From Tubulanus polymorphus (taxonomy: Eukaryota > Animalia > Nemertea), in contig NC_134025.1 of the NCBI RefSeq assembly GCF_964204645.1, positions 1,302,001 through 1,366,000 of the forward strand: a stretch of 64,000 nt of DNA, in the 5' to 3' direction. Under the pieces are notes generated by a model. That model made no database searches and was not told the origin of the DNA. It saw only the letters and a program-made list of their open reading frames with translations. Position 1 is the stretch's first letter, and each line of letters starts with the position of its first letter. A program made the position numbers and the translations under genes. Of the stretch, positions 40,503-51,737 are shown piece by piece.

Positions 40503-42424
40503 AAAATAAGATTAAATTAAGATAAAAGTTTTTTGATATCACAGGTATTCTAAAATTCAGATATAAAATAGTTACTTTAATATATTAAAATTCAGATAAA
40601 TAGTTTTCGAAAAAAAAATTCATTAAAATTGAAATAAAATCGTTTCTAGAATAGTCTTAAGATACGTGTAAAATTGTTTTTAGAATTTTTTCACAATTAC
40701 TGGTTTAGAAGTATCAATGAATTTTTTTCAGACATGAATACTTCAAAATTCATACAGATGAAATAGTTTTAGATGGATCACCTCGATCGATCATAATATC
40801 GAACCAAACCCGAAAAGATCTGTAATCAATCAGCAAAAGAATCAAATAATACTGATAATAATTCATATAAGATATGATTCTGGGCAATAGTAAAAATGAA
40901 ACCAGGAAAATAATTAATCATATTCCGCAGATATTCAAAAACCGCAAATAATTTTGAGAACTGGTATGAAATTTTCGACAAGAAATAGGATAGGAAAAGT
41001 TAAAATTTTTGGAAAGTTAAGATTAGGAAAATTTGTATTAAATTGGAATTTCAGCACTGAAGGACTCAAAATTTGGGAATTTTGTTCATTCGCATCAAGT
41101 GAAAAAACTGGTACCACAAAAATACAACAAACTGTTCGACATGAGCAGTATGACTGGATCTCAGTCAGTAGAAATCTATTAATGATGCTGGTTTTAGTTT
41201 GGATTTTGTGACCTCTTCACAACAATAATTACAAAGTGGCTGAGAAACTACAAGTAGCCTCTTTTCATGCAATAAATTAGTAGAATATATCACATACTTT
41301 GATACAACTTATGCCGTTTTTGGGGACCAAGGAAGCACCTGAGAACCTGATCTGATTAACTGCTATATGAATAATCGACCTCTTGGAAACAACTTCATCG
41401 TAGATTTCTTAAATCTATTGATAATTCACTCTCAACAGCCTTAATCTGAGTGTGTTTTATGCATTGCTCGCCTACATGGAAACAATTCCACGCTCTATCA
41501 ACCATATTTCAATCGCTAAACACAATTCCTGCAATCTAGATCCCAATCGAGGGACCAGAAGTTACTTTATCAAAGCGATGTCTATTACTGAGTTGCTCGA
41601 TTGTTATGTACTTAACAATTTTCCTTTTAGACCATCTCCTCTATCATATCTCCTTAAACTCCTCTCTCTCTCCATAAACTCCTCCACTATCATATCTCCA
41701 TAAACTCCTCTATCATATCTCCATAAACTCTCATATTCCCTGAACCTCCTCTCTCATACCTCCCTGGACCTCCTCTCTCATACCTCCCTGAACCTGCTCT
41801 CTCATATGCCTTATTGATTTCAACAAGAGATGCAGATTAATCTAACAAGAATCTTAAACTCAAATCTTCATCCTGGTGATTGTTAGGATAAGTAGAGATC
41901 AATATCAATCAATAAAACCTGATCATTGAAGTGATTACGACTAATTCTCTAATCCAAGATCTTTATTTTATTCTTTTTTTATCTAAGATGCTTTATCATT
42001 GCATTTTTGCAGATTTTTGCATGTTCAATTAAGAACTCGTAAATTCATGCATAGGTCACTGATCCAGTGAACTTTCACACCCAAGAAATGTAATGAAATT
42101 GATTACCATAGTCTTTGCTGTGGTTTCCTTTCTTGTGCAATTTTCAATCCAGGCAATCTCACGTATATAAATATATATTCCTTTTCCTTATGAGTAAACA
42201 TTTTAAATCCTTTCGATCACGTGTGAAGGATTTCCCTCCGTTGTTGAGCATTAGATATTAACATTTCAATCATTCAAGGTTTTGCATCATATTAAATTAA
42301 TCTTTAATTCTGTAATTAGAAAAACAAGTATGTTAATAACGATATAATGGTTTTGCACTTGACGTATAAACGTCATAGTATTGGGGGAGGGGGCAACATG
42401 GAACATTGAACAATCTGTTTCAAT

Positions 42425-43485
42425 GTAGTTTCCTAAGGAATCGCATTATGTGAAACATAGCTGTTCCTTCTCCATGTTATTTTCAGCTTCATAAGGAAAC
42501 GCATTATGTGTGAAACATAGCTATTCCTTCTCCATGTTCCAAGTTTTATAAGGAATCACATTATGTGAATCATAGCTGTTCTTTTTGATTTGAAAAATCT
42601 ACATTTTTCTAACTCCATAGGACTTATTGTAGGAATTGATTCCCTGCATATCCCGAAAGACATTTCAAAAGGCTGACCATGGCATTAGAATTGATGACTC
42701 CTAAGAAGGCTACTGCCACAATTAGGTGGTATGGATGGCTACTGCTGCAAAGTAGTGGCAAGGATGGTAAATGCTTCAGCATCATGAGAAGCAAAATCAA
42801 CCTTAATGATTAAGTTATTGTAATGGAAGTAGTAGCAAGGATGGTATATGCTTCAGCATCATGAGAAGCAAAATCAACCTTAATGATTAAGGTACTGTAA
42901 TGGAAGTAGTAGCAAGGATGGTAAATGCTTCAGCATCGTGAGAAGCAAAATGAACCTTAATTAAAAAGGTGTTGCAATGGAATGCGTGGCAAGAATGGTA
43001 AATGCTTCAGCATCGTGGGAAGCAAAATGAACCTTAATGAATAAGGTGTTGTAGTAGCAAGGATGGTCTATATCCCAAAAGACATTTGAAAAGGCTTATC
43101 ATAGCATTAGAATTGATGACTCCTAAGAAGGCTACTGCCACAATCAGGTGGTATGGATAATTACTGATGCAAAGTAGTAGCAAGGATGGTATATATCCCA
43201 AAAGACATTTGAAAAGGCTGACCGTAGCATTAGAATTGATGACTCCTAAGAAGGCTACTGCCACAATCAGGTGGTATAGATAATTACTGATGCAAAGTAG
43301 TAGCAAGGATGGTCTATATCCCAAAAGACATTTGAAAAGGCTGACCATAGCATTAGAACTGATGACTCCTTAGAAGGCTACTGCCACAATTAGGTGGTAT
43401 GGATAATTACTGATGCGAAGTAGTAGCAAGGATGGTAAATGCTTCAGCATCGTGAGAACGAAAATGAAACGGGTATTGTAATGGA
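42425..43485. repeat. Composite minisatellites (~58-bp x3, ~73-bp x4-5, 123-bp x4)
   Basis: Recurrent cattatgtgaaacatagct, gcaaggatggtaaatgcttcagcatc and ccaaaagacatttgaaaaggctgacc units. Confidence 0.85.
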
Positions 43486-43922
43486 ATGGTGTGGAACACA
43501 GTGGGACGTACAGTCAAATAAAATGTTAAAAATAAATAAATAAATGATTTAAAATATAAATGAATGATGAGATGGATAAATATCTAATTTTATCCAAAGA
43601 AATAAATAAATTGACGAAATGATAAATGACTTTTTTTTCATTTTTAGTTTTTAATTATTTTTTTGGAGATTAACCGTAAAACTCCATAAAATCCATATTT
43701 ACATGTCTGGTTTTTATTTTTTCATTATTTTTTTTTCAAATAAAAATAAGGAAGGACTGCACGCCCACTGGTTCAAGGAGTGTTGACAGATATTTAACAC
43801 TGCGCAACCTGCAGATCGACGAAGGAGGAAGGGAAAACTGAGTTTCAAGAAGTGCCGATCTGCAGACGTGCTGGGCTGATGTTGTTGCCCGGGTGATGGC
43901 GAGTGAAGGGGCTGATATTATA

Positions 43923-46900
43923 CTATTGTGTTCGCCGACGTTTAACCATTTGAAATTTACCTTTAAATGCCCCTTCAACATCGTGGAGCATTCTTATTGG
44001 ATCTTTAAAATCGATGTTACGAGACCAACCAGGGCCGCGCGCGATAAGCTCGACAGCGGGGGAAGGTGGTGCCCCCGCTGGAGCGCCCGATGTCGAAGCC
44101 TGGGCGGGCGTTACAAAAATATCATTATCATCATCTTCTTCTTCATCTTCTTCAAGTGCTCTTTTTTTAGTTTGTCTTTTCTTACTCTTAGTCTTAGTCT
44201 TAGATGGCGGTGGTGGAGGTGGTGGAGGTGTTGCGTGAAGTGGTGGAGGTGTTGCGGGCCCTGGTGGTGGTGGTGTTTGTGCTCCAGGATTGGCGAGATC
44301 CTCATCACTGCTCTCCTCTTCAAAGTTGAGCTGTTTCGGTGGAAGAGGATGAGCGGCACGCTTGCCTTTCTTTTTTGTTTTCGGACGCCCCGTACCTATT
44401 GCGTAATTTATATCTTTTGTCTTTCGACGGGGCGACCGACGCAGTGAAGGCGTCTGAAGCTGTGGCGCCTCTGTCGGGGTCACCACTGCAGGGGCGACCT
44501 CCTGCTCCACATTTACGGGAGAAGCAGGGTCCACCTCCTGCAAAGGAACCAACTCAAATGGTGGAATTATTTTAGGAGGAGTTGGCTCCTTAGGCCCGCA
44601 GATATTAGTAACGCACCTTTTGTAAACGTTTTTCAATCCCGGAAGTGCTCTGCGGGCTGCTTCAGACTGATCTTTCATTATATTATTAATTATATCCAAA
44701 TCTGGAATGAAAAAAAAAAACATTAAGGATCATGCATATTACACATAAATGACATGTTCGCATATAATTATCATATTTGTAAATAGTTACCTATAAAATA
44801 ATGCAGTTATCCAATAGGTGAATGTGATGTGATGGAAAAAACAAAGAGTTGGGTAAGAAGGGTCATTTGAACGTTTGGAAGCGATTGTAAGCTTATTTTG
44901 CGAGAAGTGATCATGTCACTGGTTGTACAATACGGTTGTACAACTAACTCTGTTGTAACTACACTTTTAACCCCTTTTATGATTTGCATCATCCATTACA
45001 TCATAACGATTAGTCGACAGTATATTATCAATGAGGCTGATGATTGAATCTTTCAATACACATTTTATAAATGTCTTATATACTTACATATTTCAGAACC
45101 AACCCTGTACGTGGACGGGTACACTTTTGTTAATCTATTAATGGAACTACTGATTGTAATAATTTACATCCTACCATTACCTTGACAATCAATTTTGGTA
45201 GCAAATCATGAATCAAAAATACACTTGATTTTTTTTCTGGGGTGATGATGTACCAGGTTCCAGGTGACAAAAACTATACATTATAATGAATGGAATTGTT
45301 ACCCATGACCCTGGTTTCAAAATCTGGGAACCCCTTTGGAATAACACGCATGATAACTTTTCATTTATCAACCAATTGAAGTGGAAACTTTGCAACGATA
45401 AAAGATCTAATTTAAAACAACAGATGTCGCGCTGTATCAACAAAAAATTAATTGATAATTCCTTTTATTCAGTAATTACTTTTCAAATGGACAAGTAAAA
45501 AATGAGTCCAAACTTCAGAAATGTATTCAATCATTTTGTAGAACACTTTTTTATTGCATACAGGGCCACACTCCATCCACGGTAAGTGGGAGAACTTGCA
45601 TTTCATTTCCTCTGAACATGAGGCAAGTGTGTACATATTATATTTTCTTCTGAATTTTCTCAAAAATGAAGATAAAAATATGACTGATTTTTTTTAAATT
45701 TTATTGTTTAAACTATTTACAGCATGAATTAAAACAGAAAAACGACACAAATAATTTCACTTCGCTGAATCTAAAACCAGTAAAAACCATTTCACACAAC
45801 ACTGCCCACTACTGCACCTTCAGAAACAACACTCGCTACAAATATAATACATTCATTTTGAAGAACAATATTTCACTATCAACATAAATGGCTGTAATTC
45901 ATTTTTCCCAATCGAATATTCATTGTCAGCAATAGGCCAATTGGTACTCCACATATTCATTACATAACTCACCTAGAATGTATAATTCATCGTACAGCAG
46001 CCATTCATTTATTCAGATCAACAAAATTCCATGCACAGCCATTTCAGCTGATATTCATCATACAGTAGCCTCCGCCTAAACTGCTACAGTTTGGCACCTT
46101 CTATTTTTTACCTTATTAGGCACCGGTTTTTAAGAATTGCAAAAATCAATTGATTAAAAGATTTATTGAGCCTAATAGCGGTCAAAATTATCAAGTTCTT
46201 TGTATTTTAAACAATCTGACCATGTAGTGAATCCCCAAATTTCTTCTATAACTCTTTCAGAGCCCAGTCCACTTTCGTCTACAGATTATTTCAGGTCGTA
46301 CTGTGCCCTGTCGACTTTCGTCGACATTTCTTATAGCAGTTTTATTTTTAGTTTTTCGCATAGAATTCAGCAGAGAACCTGCGGCTAGACGGCTTGATTA
46401 AATGGCAGCGCCCGTTAGTTTGTTTTTATGCTGCGTTTTTGTGGTGTTGCTATTCAAAATCATTGAGTTTTTTGCGTTTGAAAGGTCACGTGATTTAATT
46501 ATTAGCTCATTTTCTAATTATAATTACCCATATAATTTATATTTCTGACCGTAGACATTGAATATTCCAATGTCAGCTGTTAGCTGAGGCTAGATACCCG
46601 ATTTGTTCATTTTGATACATGAAATTTAGGGGGTTATCAAATAAAAAAGTCACCGATTATAGGACGTCACTTAGCTCATTTGCATAGGACGTCACATAAA
46701 GATGTTCTTATTGATAGAAGGTTGATAGTACATACACGTATTCTATAATATAGGCGAACAGCCATTATAGTTTACCGGTTTAGCCAGAGAATAAACGGAA
46801 ATGAAGTGAACATTTACAGGATATGGGAAGCGTTCTGGGAAACCAGGTCATTATGGATTTGAACCGCGTACATTACCATTGCATCCCCGGCAAGACACTT

Positions 46901-49772
46901 ATCCTCATTTCCTCTCTCCACCCAGAAGTAAATGGGTACCTGGCCCGATAGATGACCCCTGAGCGCCTAGCGGCTGTTCGGATGATGCTTCTCCCCAGGA
47001 GACTATTAAATGGCTGGGGCAATAAAACCGAAAATGTAAAGCGCTCTGAGCAGCAGCTGGATTTAGGGCTATATTAGACACATAATATTATTGTTATTAT
47101 TATCATCGAACAGAGCAATATACCATAAAAGGCAAAACATATGTATTGAAAAACAACATTTCATCTTCATTTCATCGAATTGAACAGATTATACCAGGTA
47201 TAGACCGTCTACCAGTTTAAGTGAAGTCTACAGTATCATCATTAAGGGCAAAAAATCCATCAAAATGCGATACGTTTGAAAATATGTTTTTGTAATATGA
47301 ATTTTCACCAAATTTTATTTCGAAAAATTGTGATACACAGTATTTCCTTCGAGTACTGCACATTTCCATATGGTTTTTGCTAAGTAAGTCTAGTTCATTT
47401 CCATTTCATGACAAACAGAAAAAGGACACAAAAAATTTCATTCAAATTTCTTCTGTATTTTCTGTATTTTCATCATCAATCAAAAAACTTAATTTTTCAC
47501 TTTCAGAAACAACTGCCGGGGTAAGATCCATTTCACTCGACACTGCCCGCTGCTGTACAATCATGCTGTACCTTCAGAAACTACCACTAGGGGTGCAAAC
47601 CATTTAGCACGACACTGTCTGTTGCTGTACCTTTAGAAACAACCACCAGGGGTAAAAACCATTTCACACGACTCTGTCCACTGCTGCTCATACAATCAAA
47701 TCCATTCACTACAAATTACAATAAGATTTTTGTCTATAAAAATCAAATGTCATTAAACAGCGAACAATAAACGATATTTAGAATTAGGCCTATATCACAT
47801 GAATTCATTAAGTATTTCAAATAATCACTACTTACCCTTCAAGTATAGAATCATTCAGTGGAATAATTCACTATGAATACAGCTGCATTTGTTTACAGAA
47901 AAAACAATATGAAATGTTGCCGTCGAACTTGTAAGGTGTAAAACAGGATAGACCTAGATAAATGTCAGGCCTGGATAACGGTAAAGGAAATACTTTTTAT
48001 GGCTTCAAGAAAATAAAAGAATTCTGAAAAATAAAACATTAAGTCAAAGGGTAGGCCTATCTGCATCCTCACTAAACTGTGATCCGGATACTGAGTAAAC
48101 TGTGATCCGGATACTGAGTAAACTGTGGTCCGGATACTGAGTAAACTGTGGTCCGGATACTGAGTAAACTGTCATCCGGATGCTGAGTAAACTGTGGTCT
48201 GGATACTGAGTAAACTGTGGTCCGGATACTGAGTAAACTGTGGTCCGGATACTGAGTAAACTCACTGTATAAGACTCAGTACCTAACAAGGCGCCAACCT
48301 TTGACCGTATTAATGAATCCATTACAAAATAAATCGTGTGCAAACTGTATTTGCCGCAAGGCCGCAATATCTAGGATTCGCCAACAATTAGACGATGAAG
48401 ATTCTGACTATGAGCCCAGTTAGTGAACGACATTTGTATCAAACATCAGTTTAGATCTAGTATAAACATTGAGTGGGTGCGGCTTGAGACTAGTTCGCAG
48501 ATAAGCTCATGATAGCAGTGGCGAGATGTACCTCCTTCCTGCCATAATCTCCGGATCTCAAACTGTTTTGAGCAACTACCTTGAGATACGAGGAATAAAG
48601 TTTAACCAATCAATCAAAAATAGTGATCCTGAATTTCCTGACAGTTGATGAATGATTAATAAAAAAGGAAATCACATGTTTTCGGATCCTGGAGTCGCAG
48701 AGAAAAACAAAAGTACCTTAATACTAGTGCTACTTTTCAGCGGTATCTAAAAAGTTGGTCCCATAATGTGATGGGTATCTGGATATGGACTAAACAGCTG
48801 TGCGGTTCCTGACTAAACTATCACCTAACCGCAGTCCAGTTATTGACTAAAATATGGACTAAACCATAGTCCACTAAAATATGGACTAAACCGCAGTCCA
48901 GTTATTGACTAAAATATGGACTAAACCGTAGTCCACTAAAATATGGACTACACCGCATTCCAGTTATTGACAAAAATATGGACTAAACCGCAGTCCAGTT
49001 ATTGACTAAAATATGGACTAAACGGTAGTCCAGTTATTGACTAAAATATGGACTACACCACAGTCCAGTTACTGATTAAAATAGGGACTAAACTGCAGTC
49101 TGCTTCCTGACTAAATGGACTGAACCGCGCAGTCCAGTTACTTGATTTATTAAACATAAATCAGGATTTTCTATGAAATGCATTGGTCTGGAAGCCTACA
49201 CAGTTTAAATAATTTATGTTGTAACTTATCTCTATTGACTGGAATATGAATAACATGATGAACATTTCACAATTTGGACAATATTTGGAACCGAAACCAG
49301 GAAATGAAGTTACTTCCTCAAGTTAATTCTCATCCACCAGAGCCTCTACTCACTATTCAATTCAATTCAATTCAAACTTAATTCACCATAGATTCAATAG
49401 CAAATTCAATTAAGTTTAAGAGTTTTCCAAAATTAAAAAGAGAATTAAAGAAATTGACATTAGATGATATTAGATTTTTTAATTGATGATATTCGAAATA
49501 ATTGAGATTTAGACAATTTGAGATTTAGGAAATCAAATAATGCGGAGATTTGAGATCAAATAATTTCAGATGTTGGAAATCAAATAATTTGAGATGTTCA
49601 TCAAAAATAATCGAGAATTTGAGATACCCAAGATGAACTAATTGAGATTGATGAAGTAGACTTTGTACTTACTCAAATCAAAAAACGCGCCGAGGGTTTC
49701 AGGGTCTAGAGTCAGCACCTCGGCGCGAACCAGCTTCAACAGTCCCGAAAAAAGGTCATATTTTGTAGACAT
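43923..49772 (-). CDS. Orphan ~292-aa protein: death-fold-like helical N-terminus + Pro-rich/basic/acidic disordered tail; coding exons 49772-49673 and 44701-43923
   Basis: Exon 49772-49673 (MSTKYDLFSGLLKLVRAEVLTLDPETLGAFFDL, donor gtaagt, phase 1) joins in frame to a strong acceptor (long T tract + cattccag) at 44701 that opens a 259-codon GC-rich ORF. AATAAA lies at 43713-43718. A non-coding first exon (~50540-50521) follows a TATA box. The splice junction is inferred. Confidence 0.55.
46850..47105 (+). mobile_element. 5'-truncated SINE (CORE/Deu-type central domain, LINE-like tail)
   Basis: ggcaagacacttatcctcatttcctctctccacccagaagtaaatgggtacc central motif; gtaaagcgctctgag...(tat)n tail. 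Confidence 0.7.
48073..48262. repeat. 23-bp minisatellite (~8 copies)
   Basis: Unit gtaaactgtggtccggatactga. Confidence 0.92.
48783..49140. repeat. 24-35-bp repeat containing the TGGACT-N7-AGTCCA palindrome
   Basis: aatatggactaaaccgcagtccagttattgactaa, ~10 units. Confidence 0.88.
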
Positions 49773-50520
49773 ATTCAAAGTTGAAGTTCAAGTTTTAATT
49801 GTTGAAGTTGTAATTGTTGTAGTTGTCGTTGTACTGCTGCTGTTGCTTTTATAACTGTTGCTTTTTTAACTGCTGCTGTTGATGCTGCTGCTGCTACTGC
49901 AATGTAAAAACAATCGTATTAAAATCAAGAAAATCGAAAATTATTGACTCTAAGAAATAGCTAAATCGAGTTTCTATTAAGTAATAATAATAATTAACAT
50001 TAAATTATTTTATCATTATTTTCTTAATAATAGATATAGAAGCCAGCAGGATTAAGTTGAACGACGCTTCGAATGAAAGGTTTCTATGGATTCGAGTCAT
50101 GGTTCAATAGACTGAACTGTCTGTGTATTACACCTAGGCATGTCAACGAGCCGCTTTAGCGCGTAGATCTGAACACCAGAAAAACTGCTTCCGAAAATTT
50201 CATAAATAAAATTAATAAATTTCCTCAATAAAATCACAATAACGTCTTCATTATTACGAGAGCGAAATTGAAAATCAATTGTTGTAATTTACTTCTAAAT
50301 ATTTAAAACACCATTTGGACAATTTTGAGCAAAAAGAACGTCACAATGGAAATGTCATAATTAAACACCTATATGATATAATCCGAACTTTCGGAACTTT
50401 GGAAATTGTCTTACGTAAAACCGTATGCGAAACCCAAGGTCTATGTATACAATTTACAAGTAAGATTAATGAATAAATTCCATCGAAAGAAATAAAATAA
50501 AATGGATGTCGTTTGCTTAC

Positions 50521-50625
50521 CTGGAAAATGGCCGAACTGGAAAGAAGGATCAGCTGACCTGGGTTTTTATACTGACAGTGTGACGTCATTATCCTGACCA
50601 ATGAAAAGTGCTGATATTCCCGCCT
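50521..50625 (-). promoter_or_regulatory. Pol II promoter and short first exon (E2F-like, CCAAT, CRE, TATA, Inr, YY1-like, donor)
   Basis: ttcccgcc 50617-50624; ccaat 50598-50602; tgacgtca 50581-50588; TATAAAAA (minus) 50571-50564; CCAGTT Inr-like at ~50540; CGGCCATTTT; then cag|gtaagc at 50521. Confidence 0.6.
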
Positions 50626-51737
50626 CTGTAGAAAATCAAAATTTTCTGATGGGATTCGAACCCGATTAACGCCACCAAAATCATTTCGATCAAATCCATG
50701 AATTAAATTCAATTAATTATCATCATGATGTGTCCTCAGTTAACCCCACTAGCTGTATGTTTGTTCATCCGTTTGAAAAACTGTTGGCGAACACATACAA
50801 AGTTGCATACCAAAAGCTAAACTTAAAATCCACTGTGACTACCACGGATCTATGGTCCAGTGGTTAGTGTGCTCGTCTGGTGTCCTGACGGTCGCAGTCT
50901 CGAACCCGGCTTGAATCAATCATTCTGGTTTGGCTAAGTATTTTATTCTTTTTAATGTTTCAGATTGTATTGCGGGGATGGCTAGAAAATGAGGATTGGA
51001 CATTCTACGGGACTGTATCCATGGTGCATTCCAAAAGTGCAGAGTGACGCCCTTTCTTTCTTTCTTTCTAATCTTTCTTCGTATCTTCGGCTTAATAGGC
51101 AGCCAACCAATAAGTATTCGTATTCATTGTAAGGTATATGCCGAGTTGGTACTCTAAAGGTTCAAATTTTTAAAAACTTTAAAAAGTTTGATCAAAACCA
51201 AATGACAACACTATTCAAAAGCGTGAATCTTTAAACAGCAGTGTTTTCACTCTTTCTCGATGATGCCTAGGTCATTGATCCACATAATTTCCTTGATTTT
51301 TCGGCTGCATATACCCTGCTCTCACTACTGCAGTTTGCTCTAGTTAGTGTCATCTTCGTATTAGTTAAATGCTGTTGTAAGTTAAACTAAGTAATACATA
51401 TGTCTCTACGTTCTGCCAAGCTCGGTGATGATAACTTATGATTTAAAATGTGTATTTTTCGTCTGGGATAATTTTTTTCAGTAGATTCTTCGCTCAATCT
51501 ATTGAAAATTCGGTCTTAATACGTCACCTGCTCACGGTCCGTGAGCCTCCAGGTTACCTGCGATACCGAAGATACCGTGAACAAAACCCACGATACCTTG
51601 GAGTTACCGGAGCACTCCTGATGTCTTACGTTATTGAAGCTATCGTTTTGTGGCGCCCTCTTGTGGAGACACCATCTTGAATCTGAGTCGAATTACACCG
51701 GCTAATAATCTTTGGCGCTGTCGCTCAAATATACAAG

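Noticed and set aside
41470-41640. Minus-strand peptide GSRLQELCLAIEIWLIERGI, reminiscent of DIRS-type RNase H
   Set aside because: Too short, flanked by stops, and the catalytic motifs are not recognisable. It needs a tBLASTn/HMM search before any call.
43893-44575. Plus-strand ORFs (184, 74 and 78 aa)
   Set aside because: Antisense shadows of the GC-rich minus-strand Pro-rich exon.
48330-48425. Short Cys/acidic frame KSCANCICRK...DEDSDYEPS resembling a transposase fragment
   Set aside because: About 30 codons with an upstream stop and no further transposase sequence.
49686-49727. 10-bp GC hairpin (cgcgccgagg...cctcggcgcg) as a Helitron 3' end or terminator
   Set aside because: No CTRR terminus at the expected distance, and it lies inside the proposed coding exon of the orphan gene.
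50848-50920. tRNA-like sequences here and at 17401, 58140 and 62120
   Set aside because: A and B box remnants only; cloverleaf stems are broken, so these are not functional tRNAs.
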